DNA of 64,000 nt from Nanobdellota archaeon (GCA_021813435.1 JAKAKR010000012.1:9982-73981); one strand, 5' to 3'; counted from the stretch's first letter, positions 38,939-48,983 are shown. Numbers and translations: made by a program. The notes: generated by a model from the letters alone, not told the origin.

Positions 38939-39553
38939 TCATAACCCATAATTGTATTCATCCTTCCAAGGAATATCTGCGCTCGTGAATTCCTTTTTGA
39001 GGCGCAATTTCGCCTCCTGAAGGACTGGGAGGAGTGCAGGAAAATTTTTCACATGCGGATCAGCATATACGGGAAAGACCTCAGGCATATGGTGCAATGC
39101 TACCCCTACGTCAAGAGCGTGCGCAATGCATTCAATTTTTTCCAGCGCCTTGATATACTTTGCCTCAGCGCTCGACACATGCTCATATTCTTCCCATAGT
39201 GCGGTTAATTCAGCGGAGAGCGCGGGATCGAGTGGGGCGCAAATAATCTTGATAGCTGCAGCTTCCTGTGCATGTTTTTCTGTTTTAGAAATTTTCCCCT
39301 TGACCACCAGAGTATAATCCACATCACCATGGATACATTCAACAATATCATGGACAAGCGCGATCTTTACTGCCTTAAATAAATCAATATCCAAGGCAAG
39401 CTCTTCACCGAGCGTGAACGCCATGATCGCAACTCTCCACGTATGCGCAGCAGTCGATTCCTTGAACTCAAGTGAAGCCGCGCTAAACCTATCAGTATAC
39501 TTCAATCGCTCAATAATAGTCAGAAACTTGAAATAGTTCTCGAGAGGAGTCAT
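38939..39553 (-). CDS. HD-domain phosphohydrolase (YfbR-like 5'-nucleotidase family).
   Basis: HTWRVA...VHDIVECIHGD fits the H..HD..D pattern. Length is 204 aa. Confidence 0.6.
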   Translation of the reverse strand: MTPLENYFKFLTIIERLKYTDRFSAASLEFKESTAAHTWRVAIMAFTLGEELALDIDLFKAVKIALVHDIVECIHGDVDYTLVVKGKISKTEKHAQEAAAIKIICAPLDPALSAELTALWEEYEHVSSAEAKYIKALEKIECIAHALDVGVALHHMPEVFPVYADPHVKNFPALLPVLQEAKLRLKKEFTSADIPWKDEYNYGL

Positions 39554-39567
39554 AAAGATAAGATCAT

Positions 39568-40344
39568 CTATCCGCTGCGTTTCCCGAAATTGAACATGTT
39601 GGAGAGATCGACCTTGTCTTCTTCATACGCATCTTTGGGTTTTACATTCTTTGGCTTTTCCTTGATCTCGCGGGTATGCTCCTCAAGCGGTCCATCCTCT
39701 TCCATCATCTTAGTAAGTTTTTCAGAATCCAGAACAACATTTTCCTTAGGCGTCTCTTCATGTTCCGGGGCAGGCGCTGCTGCGGGTGCAGGTTCTGGCG
39801 TCGGGAGCGGGGTCTCTTCAACTATGTTTGCCTCAGGGATGGATTGCACTACAGGCGCTGCAGGCGCTGTGGGCGCATCTTTTGCTGCTGCGCGCTCTGC
39901 TTGCATTTTTTCATACTGGTCCTCAAGCGGTGTCAAGTCTGCGTGTTCAGCAGCGATTTGCCCAAGCATCAAATCCTTGAGCGATCCCTTGCCAAGATTC
40001 ACATCAGTATGCGCTTCTTCCAATTGGACCTTTTTTTCATGAATAGATTCATCGACTGGTTTTGCGCCGAGAGGTTTCACGAGTACATTATCCTGATTAC
40101 GCGGGGCAATAGGCGGGGCTTGCGGTTTTGCCTGCACGCGCGGTGTTCCAAGATTCTTAGTCGTGCTCAAGAATTCCTGGGCTTTCTGGTGCTCGCTATC
40201 AAACCGCTTTTGCACATTATCCTCGACACCGACCATCTCTTCAGCCATCATCCGTGCCTGACTGTCAGAGCGCGCCATTCCAGAAGATTTTAATGTTGCC
40301 GCAAGGCTTGCAATCCGTTCTTCACGCGTTGTCATCATCATCAC
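39568..40344 (-). CDS. Low-complexity Pro/Ala/Glu-rich protein, likely intrinsically disordered.
   Basis: A 258 aa ORF with PAPEPAPAAAPAPE repeats. Confidence 0.35.
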   Translation of the reverse strand: MMMMTTREERIASLAATLKSSGMARSDSQARMMAEEMVGVEDNVQKRFDSEHQKAQEFLSTTKNLGTPRVQAKPQAPPIAPRNQDNVLVKPLGAKPVDESIHEKKVQLEEAHTDVNLGKGSLKDLMLGQIAAEHADLTPLEDQYEKMQAERAAAKDAPTAPAAPVVQSIPEANIVEETPLPTPEPAPAAAPAPEHEETPKENVVLDSEKLTKMMEEDGPLEEHTREIKEKPKNVKPKDAYEEDKVDLSNMFNFGKRSG

Positions 40345-40422
40345 CCTTGACCCATCATAGAGATAATGGTATCAATTATTAGAGAATGAATCATTGCCTG
40401 CAAGATATATAAATGTTGTTAT

Positions 40423-40935
40423 TTATCGTATGGTCCCGAATTCGTCTCCCTTGAGATGAAAGAGGCGTTTTGCATTCCGGTCCATCACTGCGCTATGGAC
40501 GACTTTTCCAATGAAGAATGTATGATCCGCAAAATCAATGGTCTCAATAATCTCGCATTCAAGAAACGCTGCAGCTTCCCTGACCCTGCAACAATCAATC
40601 TTTTCACAGTCCAGTTTTCCAAGACCGGTCTTTGCGAATTTGTCCTCGAAATTTCCTGAATGCCTGCCGCAGTACAATACTTCGCCGGCCTTAGAGTGCG
40701 GCACGAAATTTATGCAAAAGACACCGCTTTCCTTGATAAGAGTGTGCGAGAATCGCGTCTTTCCAATCGCAATGCCATAAAGAAAGGGTTCGACATTGAT
40801 CATCGTATGCCAGTCGACAGTGATAAGATTATCCTTGACTGTTGTTCTGCCGACAAGTGTCGCATTTCCCCTGCAGGATACAAGGACTGTCTGCAAAGGG
40901 TTGATGATTTCAGAAAAGTTTGGCATGGGATGCAC
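40423..40935 (-). CDS. Flavin reductase-like (FMN-binding split-barrel) domain protein.
   Basis: A ~165 aa ORF whose VSCRG...GRTT...DNLITVDWHT resembles flavin reductase-like domain proteins. Confidence 0.4.
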   Translation of the reverse strand: MHPMPNFSEIINPLQTVLVSCRGNATLVGRTTVKDNLITVDWHTMINVEPFLYGIAIGKTRFSHTLIKESGVFCINFVPHSKAGEVLYCGRHSGNFEDKFAKTGLGKLDCEKIDCCRVREAAAFLECEIIETIDFADHTFFIGKVVHSAVMDRNAKRLFHLKGDEFGTIR

Positions 40936-40939
40936 GTGA

Positions 40940-41863
40940 TTATTTTAATGTCATATATCCATCGTTTTCTTCATCAAAGGACTTCTTGCGTTTAGGGCCG
41001 CTCTTAAGGTTCCCACGCTCATCAACGTCATAGCTGTCCTGTCTTGGCGCTGATTGCCGGGACAGTCCACCCCGCTGATTGTGATCATCTGCAAAGATGT
41101 CGCGACTTTTCGAAGTGGTAATGGTCTGGGAAGCGCCCTTGGGAGTCTCGCTGTCACGCAGGGTCAAAAGGACCAGGATGAAGAGCAGCCAGTAGGCGAT
41201 GAGAGGAATATAGAATAATCGGTAAAAGGGGAATAAGAGCAGTTGAATAAGTATCATGATGGTCGACGCGTACAATGCGACCTTAAAGATTCTTGACGGA
41301 CGGATGCTGAACCGCAAAATCCATACCAAAAGGAGTCCGATAATAAATGTCAGCGCGATCATGATCCAATAATAGATACTGAGGAATACAAAAGCCCAGA
41401 AAAAGAGTGCAGGACTGAGCAGGAAAAATACCATGCCGACAGATTGCGCAAGCGAAGGGTCATTCTTGAGGTCAAGCGTCTTATCCAATGGTATACGCTG
41501 TTCCTTGCCGAAGAGGATGAATGATTTGTAGTAGAGTGCATCATTGCTCAGAAGAATCGTCGCATCGCGCATGCTGGTATTAGTATCTGCAACAATCAAT
41601 GGATCAGCAGCAATGACAAATGGCGTTGTAAAATGCATGTCAAGCTGCAACGCGAGCGTATCAAAATTTGCTGCGCGCGACTGCGCATACTGCGGAATCA
41701 TGAAAAGTGCAGGGATAAGGAGGATGAATGTTGCAATAAGCGTAAAGAAGAGGAGTACACAGAAATAGCGCATGGCAAAAGAGAACCGTTTTTCAGTCAG
41801 GTGCGGATAGGCATACGGATTAAAGCTCTGCAGTATTGCATGAAAGAGCGGCTTCATTTCCAT
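40940..41863 (-). CDS. Hypothetical membrane protein (~5 TM) with a disordered basic C-terminus.
   Basis: A 307 aa ORF. Confidence 0.35.
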   Translation of the reverse strand: MEMKPLFHAILQSFNPYAYPHLTEKRFSFAMRYFCVLLFFTLIATFILLIPALFMIPQYAQSRAANFDTLALQLDMHFTTPFVIAADPLIVADTNTSMRDATILLSNDALYYKSFILFGKEQRIPLDKTLDLKNDPSLAQSVGMVFFLLSPALFFWAFVFLSIYYWIMIALTFIIGLLLVWILRFSIRPSRIFKVALYASTIMILIQLLLFPFYRLFYIPLIAYWLLFILVLLTLRDSETPKGASQTITTSKSRDIFADDHNQRGGLSRQSAPRQDSYDVDERGNLKSGPKRKKSFDEENDGYMTLK

Positions 41864-41956
41864 AACGCCGGACTAGAGAGAAGTAGTATTTAAAGTTTAC
41901 TGCACGGTCTACGCGCAGTGTCTGTTGCCGCATAGCAGAACAATGATACCGACGAT

Positions 41957-42484
41957 TCAGGCAATCTGTTTTTGCATGAAGAAATAGACTTCATTGGATT
42001 TTGCAAGATGCCGCAGGAAAATCTTTCGCCCGGATGCGAGCGTCAGCTGCACTGTTCCTGTCGCAAAATACCGGTCGAACACATTGCTCGTATACCATAC
42101 GTTCCTGATACTCGTGTAGGGTATCTTCTCGACTCCTGCAGCGCGGATTTCAAGATACGCTTCGTAGAAGATATAAGTGATGCGCTGGTACTGCAGGTAG
42201 GCAAAGAGCGTTTCGAACGTGATCAGAAGGAGTATTCCGACGCCATAGAACATATTGAGCCATAGCGGGATCTGAATCTGCAAAAGATAATAGTTTATCG
42301 CAATCCCTGTATAGAGAAGCAGGGCAAGAAATATCAATGTGATCATCTTAATGATCAAGAATCGTTCAGGGACAGGATGCGTCTTTAACTTCGGGATATC
42401 AGGAAGATAATTCATGCTCACACTCTTTGTTAACATAAGTGAATAAGAGGTATTTAAAGATTGCTGTTGGAGGGTATTGTTCAA
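41957..42484 (-). CDS. Membrane protein with a bacterial-PH (DUF304/YdbS-like) domain.
   Basis: Two N-terminal TM helices are followed by a ~90 aa beta-rich domain. Confidence 0.35.
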   Translation of the reverse strand: MNNTLQQQSLNTSYSLMLTKSVSMNYLPDIPKLKTHPVPERFLIIKMITLIFLALLLYTGIAINYYLLQIQIPLWLNMFYGVGILLLITFETLFAYLQYQRITYIFYEAYLEIRAAGVEKIPYTSIRNVWYTSNVFDRYFATGTVQLTLASGRKIFLRHLAKSNEVYFFMQKQIA

Positions 42485-42537
42485 CCTGTAGATGTTAAGT
42501 GTCGGCTGTTAAGAATTCGGCTGTTTTCTTTATAAAC

Positions 42538-43029
42538 TTAGAATTTCCAGCCTTCTGCTCTGAATAATTCGACAACATCTATGGCTTCGATGGACTTCTT
42601 ATTGCAAACAAAAGGTATTCTTACCCTGTTTTCTCTGAGTTTTTCTTCAGTTACAACAATTCGTTTAATGCTGAACAATGTTTGTTGTGTACTTGATGTT
42701 AATTCGATAGCTAGAGCAATAACCCAAGGATCAGCATCGAACTTTCTTTCAGTATCAATTAATGCAGGATAATCCCTTAGTATTTCTTGGACTAGCTCAA
42801 TCTGACGTTGTGTTGGCTCTTTGAACATCTTCTTCTGGTTTTTAACCCATTTGCTAAGCATATCATCATTTTGCTTGATTTCGTTTAATACTTCTCTTGG
42901 TGCAATTAAGCGATTATTATCTGCTAAGAACTTGAGCTTCTCCCAGATACTTGGAAATACATCGATTGGGTTATTTCTGTTCAACTTCACTAAGGAAGAA
43001 GTATCGATGATGTAAACGTTATTAGTCAT
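42538..43029 (-). CDS. DUF4411-like PIN-related protein, the predicted partner/effector of the ImmA/IrrE metallopeptidase.
   Basis: A 163 aa ORF beginning YIIDTSSL. It has an ATGA-type overlap with the upstream ImmA/IrrE gene. Confidence 0.45.
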   Translation of the reverse strand: MTNNVYIIDTSSLVKLNRNNPIDVFPSIWEKLKFLADNNRLIAPREVLNEIKQNDDMLSKWVKNQKKMFKEPTQRQIELVQEILRDYPALIDTERKFDADPWVIALAIELTSSTQQTLFSIKRIVVTEEKLRENRVRIPFVCNKKSIEAIDVVELFRAEGWKF

Positions 43030-44189
43030 TTTTTCGCCTTTGAGAGTACCTTGTCAAAACTCTTTGATTTTATTGAAAGATAATTTAATGCATCGGTGTA
43101 TGTGATATGGTCTCTGTCATAGTTGTTGGCGACAAGAGAAACAAATTTATTTCCAACTTCAGAAAGACATCTTACTTCGGATGGAATTCCTCCGCCAGTT
43201 CCTTCTTCACCTTCTTTTTTTGTTGGTTTGATATCTTCTTTTTTGAATCTTGATAGGATTGCATCGTAATCTGTTCTTCCAATATAATTTAATTTGAGCA
43301 TATTCAAAAGAAGCATAGCTTTACTGACTTTGTATCTATTAGACAAGTATTTTAGAGTCTCTTTTTGAGTAAGCTTTGCTTTGTTCGTATCAAATGCTGA
43401 TTTTGCGATATCTTTTGGAAGCAAGAATGCTGATGCAAATTCATTGCACCATTTTTCAACATTATCTTTAAAAGTGTGTGTTGCATCAGGAAGATCTATG
43501 ACTGATTCTCCTAATAAAATATGACCAAATTCGTGCATTAGAGAGAATATTCTTGCTTCGATATTGTCTTTTGTGTTTACAACGATAACTGTTGGTGTTT
43601 CATCTACAAACACAAATCCTCGTGCATCTTCAACAGGCATTGAAAATTGGAATAAATAGATGTTTTGATCCTCAAGAATATCTCTTAAGTAATTGAAAAG
43701 TTCGTACGGTGTTTTGAATTTTCTTTGTTTTTCTTCAGTTAAATTAAATTTCTCTCTAAATTTAATGGCAATGTGTTCTGCATTATCAGAAATCTTGACT
43801 TTTTCTATTTTTGATTTTGTTTCATAATCTACATTTCGAGATAATTCTTTGCTTAGTTCTTGTAATCTTCTTGCATGTCGCATTACAAAAACAGTTTTTT
43901 TGTCAAATTTGTTAGTCTTATCTGGAAGCATCCTGTAATCTTTTGGCTTTGGTTTTTCTGTCAACGGTTTTGATAATAAGAATGACGCTACAGGTCTTTT
44001 GAAAATGATTGCTAATTCTTCCAATTGCCTAAAAGATGGTTTCTTCTCACCAGATTCCATCTTTTCAATATTTTGAGTGCTAGTGTTTAGACGCTTCGCT
44101 ATTTCTTCTCTTGTCCATCCTGAACTCTCAATAAGCCATTTCAGGACAGATGGTTCAACATTCACAGCGATTGGTTTCGTTCTAGCCAT
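43026..44189 (-). CDS. XRE-family HTH fused to an ImmA/IrrE (COG2856) zinc metallopeptidase.
   Basis: N-terminal HTH (TREEIAKRLNTSTQNIEKMESGEKKPSFRQLEELA) and a C-terminal HEXXH motif (LMHEFGHILLG). Confidence 0.75.
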   Translation of the reverse strand: MARTKPIAVNVEPSVLKWLIESSGWTREEIAKRLNTSTQNIEKMESGEKKPSFRQLEELAIIFKRPVASFLLSKPLTEKPKPKDYRMLPDKTNKFDKKTVFVMRHARRLQELSKELSRNVDYETKSKIEKVKISDNAEHIAIKFREKFNLTEEKQRKFKTPYELFNYLRDILEDQNIYLFQFSMPVEDARGFVFVDETPTVIVVNTKDNIEARIFSLMHEFGHILLGESVIDLPDATHTFKDNVEKWCNEFASAFLLPKDIAKSAFDTNKAKLTQKETLKYLSNRYKVSKAMLLLNMLKLNYIGRTDYDAILSRFKKEDIKPTKKEGEEGTGGGIPSEVRCLSEVGNKFVSLVANNYDRDHITYTDALNYLSIKSKSFDKVLSKAKK

Positions 44190-44222
44190 TTTAGTCAGTT
44201 AGTGTTTCTTTCTTGATTAAGT

Positions 44223-44681
44223 TTATTCTTCTTTTTTCTTCTTAAATCTTTCTTTGATTTTTCTGATTAATCCTTTTGATAATTCTACATTGAAAAAAGT
44301 CAAGTCTATAAGTGTAAATAATCCGATGCTAAATGCAAGGGTCAAAGCTATTGTTATTTTTATAGTGAAACTGATGTATGTATTGATGTATTTATTGTTT
44401 GTTTCATATATTGTAATTACATTCTGATTAACTTTGGAGATTGCATCCGTAAGTAAGGTTAAATCTGATTTAGTAACTACTGTTTTATTAAGTTCTTCAT
44501 AGTTTTGTTGACAAGTTTTCAATTGCTCCGAAAGATTTTTGGCTTGTTCTATTGCAGTGTTATCAACTACCACATTTGTCGGAGGGTTAGCTACAGAATT
44601 AAGTTGAGAAATAAGTACTGGCGTTATGATTGCCAAGAATACTAATGCAATAATCCCTGAAACAATCTTTTCGACGCTCAT
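44223..44681 (-). CDS. Small membrane protein with N- and C-terminal TM helices flanking a coiled-coil segment. It is translationally coupled to the RM gene.
   Basis: A 152 aa ORF whose ATG overlaps the stop of the upstream RM ORF in an ATGA-type junction. Confidence 0.45.
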   Translation of the reverse strand: MSVEKIVSGIIALVFLAIITPVLISQLNSVANPPTNVVVDNTAIEQAKNLSEQLKTCQQNYEELNKTVVTKSDLTLLTDAISKVNQNVITIYETNNKYINTYISFTIKITIALTLAFSIGLFTLIDLTFFNVELSKGLIRKIKERFKKKKEE

Positions 44682-47600
44682 TTTAACGAATCCTCGATAA
44701 GCTTCTGTTCTTTTGCGTTAACTCCATATAGTTCATAAATTAAAGAGTTAATTTGCGGTTCAATAGCATCTATTTGCCTGGATATGATTTCTTGATCAGA
44801 TGTCAATTTCGAAGCATTGAATTTCTTTTTTAATTCGATTATATTTGTTACAGATGCAACAATTTTATCGTGAGATTCTTTTTCTTTTTTATTATTGAAA
44901 TCGATTTGTTTTATTGGTATTTCCCCAGAAAACTGCTTGTTTGTAGCGTAGAATCCACCACTCAAAAAGATGCTTATCTTGCTGATAAAAAATGTTGCAA
45001 GAGTACTATTTAAAATGGATAATAAATACTTTTTATCCTCTTTGATTTCTTTTTTCAAGGTAATTCCATTCACACCTACATTTTTAATGAAGATTGAACC
45101 TTCTTCATCAATCGCCGAGCGAGCTCTTTTTACAACATGGGGAATTAATATTTTGGATAATCTTTGTTTATCTATTGCTTGATTTCTGCTGTATTGATAC
45201 CATCCAGAATTATTGAATTTTCCTTTTTCTCTATCCTTAAGTTCTTTTTTAAAGATGCTTAAGTAATCCCAACACATTTTGTATTTTTGGATTTCTTTTT
45301 CTTCCAAAAGTTTTCCATCTTTATATGGAAAAATAATATAAGCATCACTTTTCCCAATATAATAATTATCTATATCGCTATCACCTATGATGTTAAAAGT
45401 TACCTCTGATTCTATTTCTACATTTTTATCCATTTTTTTAGAGTAAAAAATTCTAGTTTTTCCCTTATCTTCTATTAGCTTAAGGATGTATACATCATCC
45501 ATCCCCGTAATTAGACCTTGAAAATTCAATTCGAAGCAATCTTGAAATTTCTTATTTTTTCTTATCTTTTCAAAGAGTTTTTCTTCTTCTTCTGTCATGA
45601 AATACCATTTATCTTCATTGAGGAAGTGCGGTTCGATTTCGTCAATGACAAAATTATCTTCATTTTCTTTTGCTTCATTCAAGAAATATGTGATTTTTTC
45701 ATCCTTATTTTTATACAATCCTCGAATCTCTTGATATGTTAATGAAGACTGTTGCTTTTTATTCTGCAAAAACAGTAAACAAGTGTACGTGTCTGCTTTG
45801 CTGAAGACAAAATAATGCCTGAAATTTGTTAAGTGATATATGTTAAAGTTTTTGATATGCTTTCTTAGATTTGAACCATATTCGCTATTAAAAAATCTAT
45901 TGGGACAAATAAAGCCGAGAACACCATTTTTATTTAATAATGAAAGTGATCTCTCGATAAATGGAACATATATATCTACATTTCCATCTTGAGCGGTTTG
46001 ATATTTTTTTTGATAAAATGCAGTTTCTTCAGGATAAAATTCAATTAATTTCTGAATTTGAATATATGGGGGATTTCCGATAATTGCATCAAATCCTCCC
46101 TCTTTCATCACGTTACCAAATCCTTTAATTGAATCAGCCCAATTGAAAATATTGACTCTTCTTGTTGTATCCATATCCGATAGAGTTAACTGGGTCTCTT
46201 GATAAAATTCAGAACCAATTAATGAATTTCCGCATTTAATATTATCGTCTAAGTCAGGAAGTACTCTTTCTTGAATTAACTTCATTTGTTGATCTACGCT
46301 TTCTTTGGTTTCATTTTCCAAAACTTTTAGCAATAAACTCAATTTTGTAACTTCTACCGCTTGCGAGTCAATATCCACGCCATAAATATTATTTAATAGG
46401 ATCTTCTTTTTTCTCTCAGAAGTTAAAGCCCATTGATTTTCTTTTATCTGAAAAATATCTTTTTTGAATTTTTTTGGATCATTTTTTATGTAATATTTCA
46501 AATGATATTCTAAGAGATAAGAATATGCGCCTAATAAGAAACTTCCAGAGCCACAAGCAGGGTCTAAAATTCTTATGCTTTCAATTTCTTTGGGCGTTTT
46601 ACCTTTGAAAACCTTGCCGACTGTGTTTTTAACCACATACTTTACAATATAAGAAGGAGTGTAGAAAATTCCACCTGCTTTTTTTACCTCTGGTTTTTCT
46701 TCAACCTTAGCTTGGTGTGATGTCGTTAGTTTTATCACTTTTCCCAAGAATTGCTCGTATACATTACCTAAAACCTCAACACCGATAACGGTAAACTCAT
46801 AGGGGCAGATTGGATAATATAATTCCAGAATAATGCTTTTTAAGACAGAATCGTCAATCTGAATTTTAGTGGTAATTTTATCTGGCTCGAGATTGAAGAT
46901 TCCACTATTGTATTTTTCGTCAGCATATTGAAAATAACTTAAAATCTCTTTGTAAACATTTGAACTTGATGAAATTTCTTTTAATCGCTCATATCGTTCA
47001 ATACTATGATCTTCACATATTCTTAAAAATAAGATTCTATCTATTGTTATTTGAACTGCAAAATTCAACTCGTAAATCGATAAATCTTTATTTCTCGAGG
47101 CAATATTCTTCGCTAAAATTTCTCTCCATTTTTCAATTTCTTTCAAAAATTCTTCATCAACTTCAGTAGTCCCCTTTTTCCCTTTTGATGATTCTATAAA
47201 TCTATCAAAACTTCCTCTTAAAACATATTCTTTTGAAAATGATGTAAATATTTCTTCAAACTTTTCTTCATATTGTTCGAAAGTGAAATACCATATTCTT
47301 CCAGCACTGGCTTTATCTTTTTCAGAAGGTTTACTTGTACAATCATAAACAGCGAACTCTTCAAAATCAGTAAGAATTGATATTGGTAATTTAGCGTTCC
47401 ACGCGTAACGTTTTAATTGAAATGCAGGTTCTGGTGCATCTTTGATATTTACTGCTGGCTTTTTTGCTTCAACAAAAAACTTTCTCACTCCACCTATTCT
47501 AAATCCGTAGTCGGGTGCTTTTGTTTTACCGCTGATTTTAAGAGAATCTTCATTTACAACTTCTTTATATTGTTCAGCATGACCTTGCTCATTATCAACA

Positions 47601-47761
47601 TCCCATCCAAGAATTTTAAAAAATCTATCAACATATTCTTTCCTAACTTGAGCTTCATTATATGTGTCTTTTTTATATTGAGAATAGCTCTCTTTAAATT
47701 GTGCAACTAACTTTTTAAGTTCAATTTTTGCCTGTTCTTTAGTTAATTGTGTAAGTACCAT
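44678..47761 (-). CDS. Type IIG/IIL restriction-modification enzyme (MmeI-like, with fused PD-(D/E)xK nuclease, gamma-class N6-adenine methyltransferase and target-recognition domain).
   Basis: N-terminal PD...EAK nuclease motif (PDYGFRIGGVRKFFVEAKKP), MTase motif I DPACGSGSFLLGA and motif IV IIGNPPY. Length is 1027 aa. Confidence 0.8.
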   Translation of the reverse strand: MVLTQLTKEQAKIELKKLVAQFKESYSQYKKDTYNEAQVRKEYVDRFFKILGWDVDNEQGHAEQYKEVVNEDSLKISGKTKAPDYGFRIGGVRKFFVEAKKPAVNIKDAPEPAFQLKRYAWNAKLPISILTDFEEFAVYDCTSKPSEKDKASAGRIWYFTFEQYEEKFEEIFTSFSKEYVLRGSFDRFIESSKGKKGTTEVDEEFLKEIEKWREILAKNIASRNKDLSIYELNFAVQITIDRILFLRICEDHSIERYERLKEISSSSNVYKEILSYFQYADEKYNSGIFNLEPDKITTKIQIDDSVLKSIILELYYPICPYEFTVIGVEVLGNVYEQFLGKVIKLTTSHQAKVEEKPEVKKAGGIFYTPSYIVKYVVKNTVGKVFKGKTPKEIESIRILDPACGSGSFLLGAYSYLLEYHLKYYIKNDPKKFKKDIFQIKENQWALTSERKKKILLNNIYGVDIDSQAVEVTKLSLLLKVLENETKESVDQQMKLIQERVLPDLDDNIKCGNSLIGSEFYQETQLTLSDMDTTRRVNIFNWADSIKGFGNVMKEGGFDAIIGNPPYIQIQKLIEFYPEETAFYQKKYQTAQDGNVDIYVPFIERSLSLLNKNGVLGFICPNRFFNSEYGSNLRKHIKNFNIYHLTNFRHYFVFSKADTYTCLLFLQNKKQQSSLTYQEIRGLYKNKDEKITYFLNEAKENEDNFVIDEIEPHFLNEDKWYFMTEEEEKLFEKIRKNKKFQDCFELNFQGLITGMDDVYILKLIEDKGKTRIFYSKKMDKNVEIESEVTFNIIGDSDIDNYYIGKSDAYIIFPYKDGKLLEEKEIQKYKMCWDYLSIFKKELKDREKGKFNNSGWYQYSRNQAIDKQRLSKILIPHVVKRARSAIDEEGSIFIKNVGVNGITLKKEIKEDKKYLLSILNSTLATFFISKISIFLSGGFYATNKQFSGEIPIKQIDFNNKKEKESHDKIVASVTNIIELKKKFNASKLTSDQEIISRQIDAIEPQINSLIYELYGVNAKEQKLIEDSLK

Positions 47762-47769
47762 TTTATGAC

Positions 47770-47913
47770 CTAAGCTTTTTTTATTTCCTCTAATTCTTTT
47801 TTCATAAGCGTCTCAACTTTTCTAGAAAGAATCATATCGTTTTCTTCACAGTACTTCTTGTACTTCTCGTAAACTTTTTCGTCAAGACTTAATGCAAAAG
47901 TTTTCCTACCCAT
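47770..47913 (-). CDS. Ribbon-helix-helix (CopG/Arc-like) small protein, 47 aa, not in the ORF track. Possibly a controller or antitoxin of the downstream RM operon.
   Basis: Manual translation gives MGRKTFALSLDEKVYEKYKKYCEENDMILSRKVETLMKKELEEIKKA. This is a beta-strand then two helices, typical of RHH. It ends 9 nt before the RM start. Confidence 0.5.
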   Translation of the reverse strand: MGRKTFALSLDEKVYEKYKKYCEENDMILSRKVETLMKKELEEIKKA

Positions 47914-48281
47914 ATAAACACATATAATCCCATATACTTATAAATTTATCGCAAAAAAAGTTTTAAGACACATAAAATCATATAAAGAAAAAAACTGATT
48001 TCTATTTTTTATGAGAGAGTAGACTCTTAATGTCCTTAAAAAGAAATCAGAGCTCTTTCATCCAGACTGGACTCGAGATGTTACTACTATTGACTCCAGT
48101 GGCTCAAAAAACAGGGAAGAGAGATACAACATAAAATTAGGAAAATAAAACAATGGGCTTTCCCCTGTTTTCAACATCACTGAACTGAGAAGTAGTAAAT
48201 TGACGTTTCATTTATAGAAGAGAGAATGAGAGAGTAAGTAGAGTATGGTAGATGTAAGAATATTATAGATTGGTCACTGTA

Positions 48282-48983
48282 ATGGATTTGTACATGAAGG
48301 GCGTTAGCTATCGATCAATTGCAGACCACTTAAAGCAAATCTACGGACTTGAAGTAAGTCATATTACGGTTTTGAACTGGGTTAATACTTATCTGACAAA
48401 GATTACCGAATATGTCAAGTCTATGCAACCGCAAGTCGGAGACTACTGGCTTGCAGATGAACAATTCATCAAAGTCAAAGGCAATCAACAGTATGTCTGG
48501 AATGTACTTGACAACAAAACAAGATTTCTTTTAGCAAGTAATGCAAGTAAAACAAGAAACTATGAAGATGCGAGAAGAACCTTCAAACGAGCAAAGAAAG
48601 TTGCTGGCAAGAAAGCTAAGACAGTGGTCACAGACGGCTCATTCAATTATTCAAAAGCCGTAAGAAAAGAATTTGCAACCTATCAAAATCCTAAACCTCA
48701 CAAGCGTTATGTTTCATTAAGACAGAAGACAGGAAATAACAATAAGATTGAACGATTCCACGAAACTTTCAGGCAGAGAGATAAAGTAATGCGCGGATTC
48801 AAAGGAAATCAAAAGAAATACGCAGAGAACTTTCAGACATACTATAATTTTGTAAGAAAACATTCAAAGATTGGTATGACTCCTGCTCAAAAAGCGAAGA
48901 TAGATCAGAAAGCAGACTGGAAAGAACTTCTAACCAAAGCAATGCAAAGTCCAGTGCCTGAAAATCACACAAGACCAGTGTAA
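48282..48983 (+). mobile_element. IS6-family (IS26-like) DDE transposase gene.
   Basis: Architecture and blocks parallel IS26 Tnp: N-terminal HTH (YRSIADHLKQIYGLEVSHITVLNWV), WLADEQFIKVKG (D), VVTDGSFNYSKA (D) and NNKIERFHETFRQR (E). Candidate imperfect IRs are ttggtcactgtaatgg (48270-48285) and attgacagtggacaaa (49061-49076). Confidence 0.75.

Noticed and set aside
39590-40293. Plus-strand ORFs (150 and 205 aa) antisense to the Pro/Ala-rich protein.
   Set aside because: These are Cys/Arg-rich shadow frames of a low-complexity GC-rich gene. No independent support.
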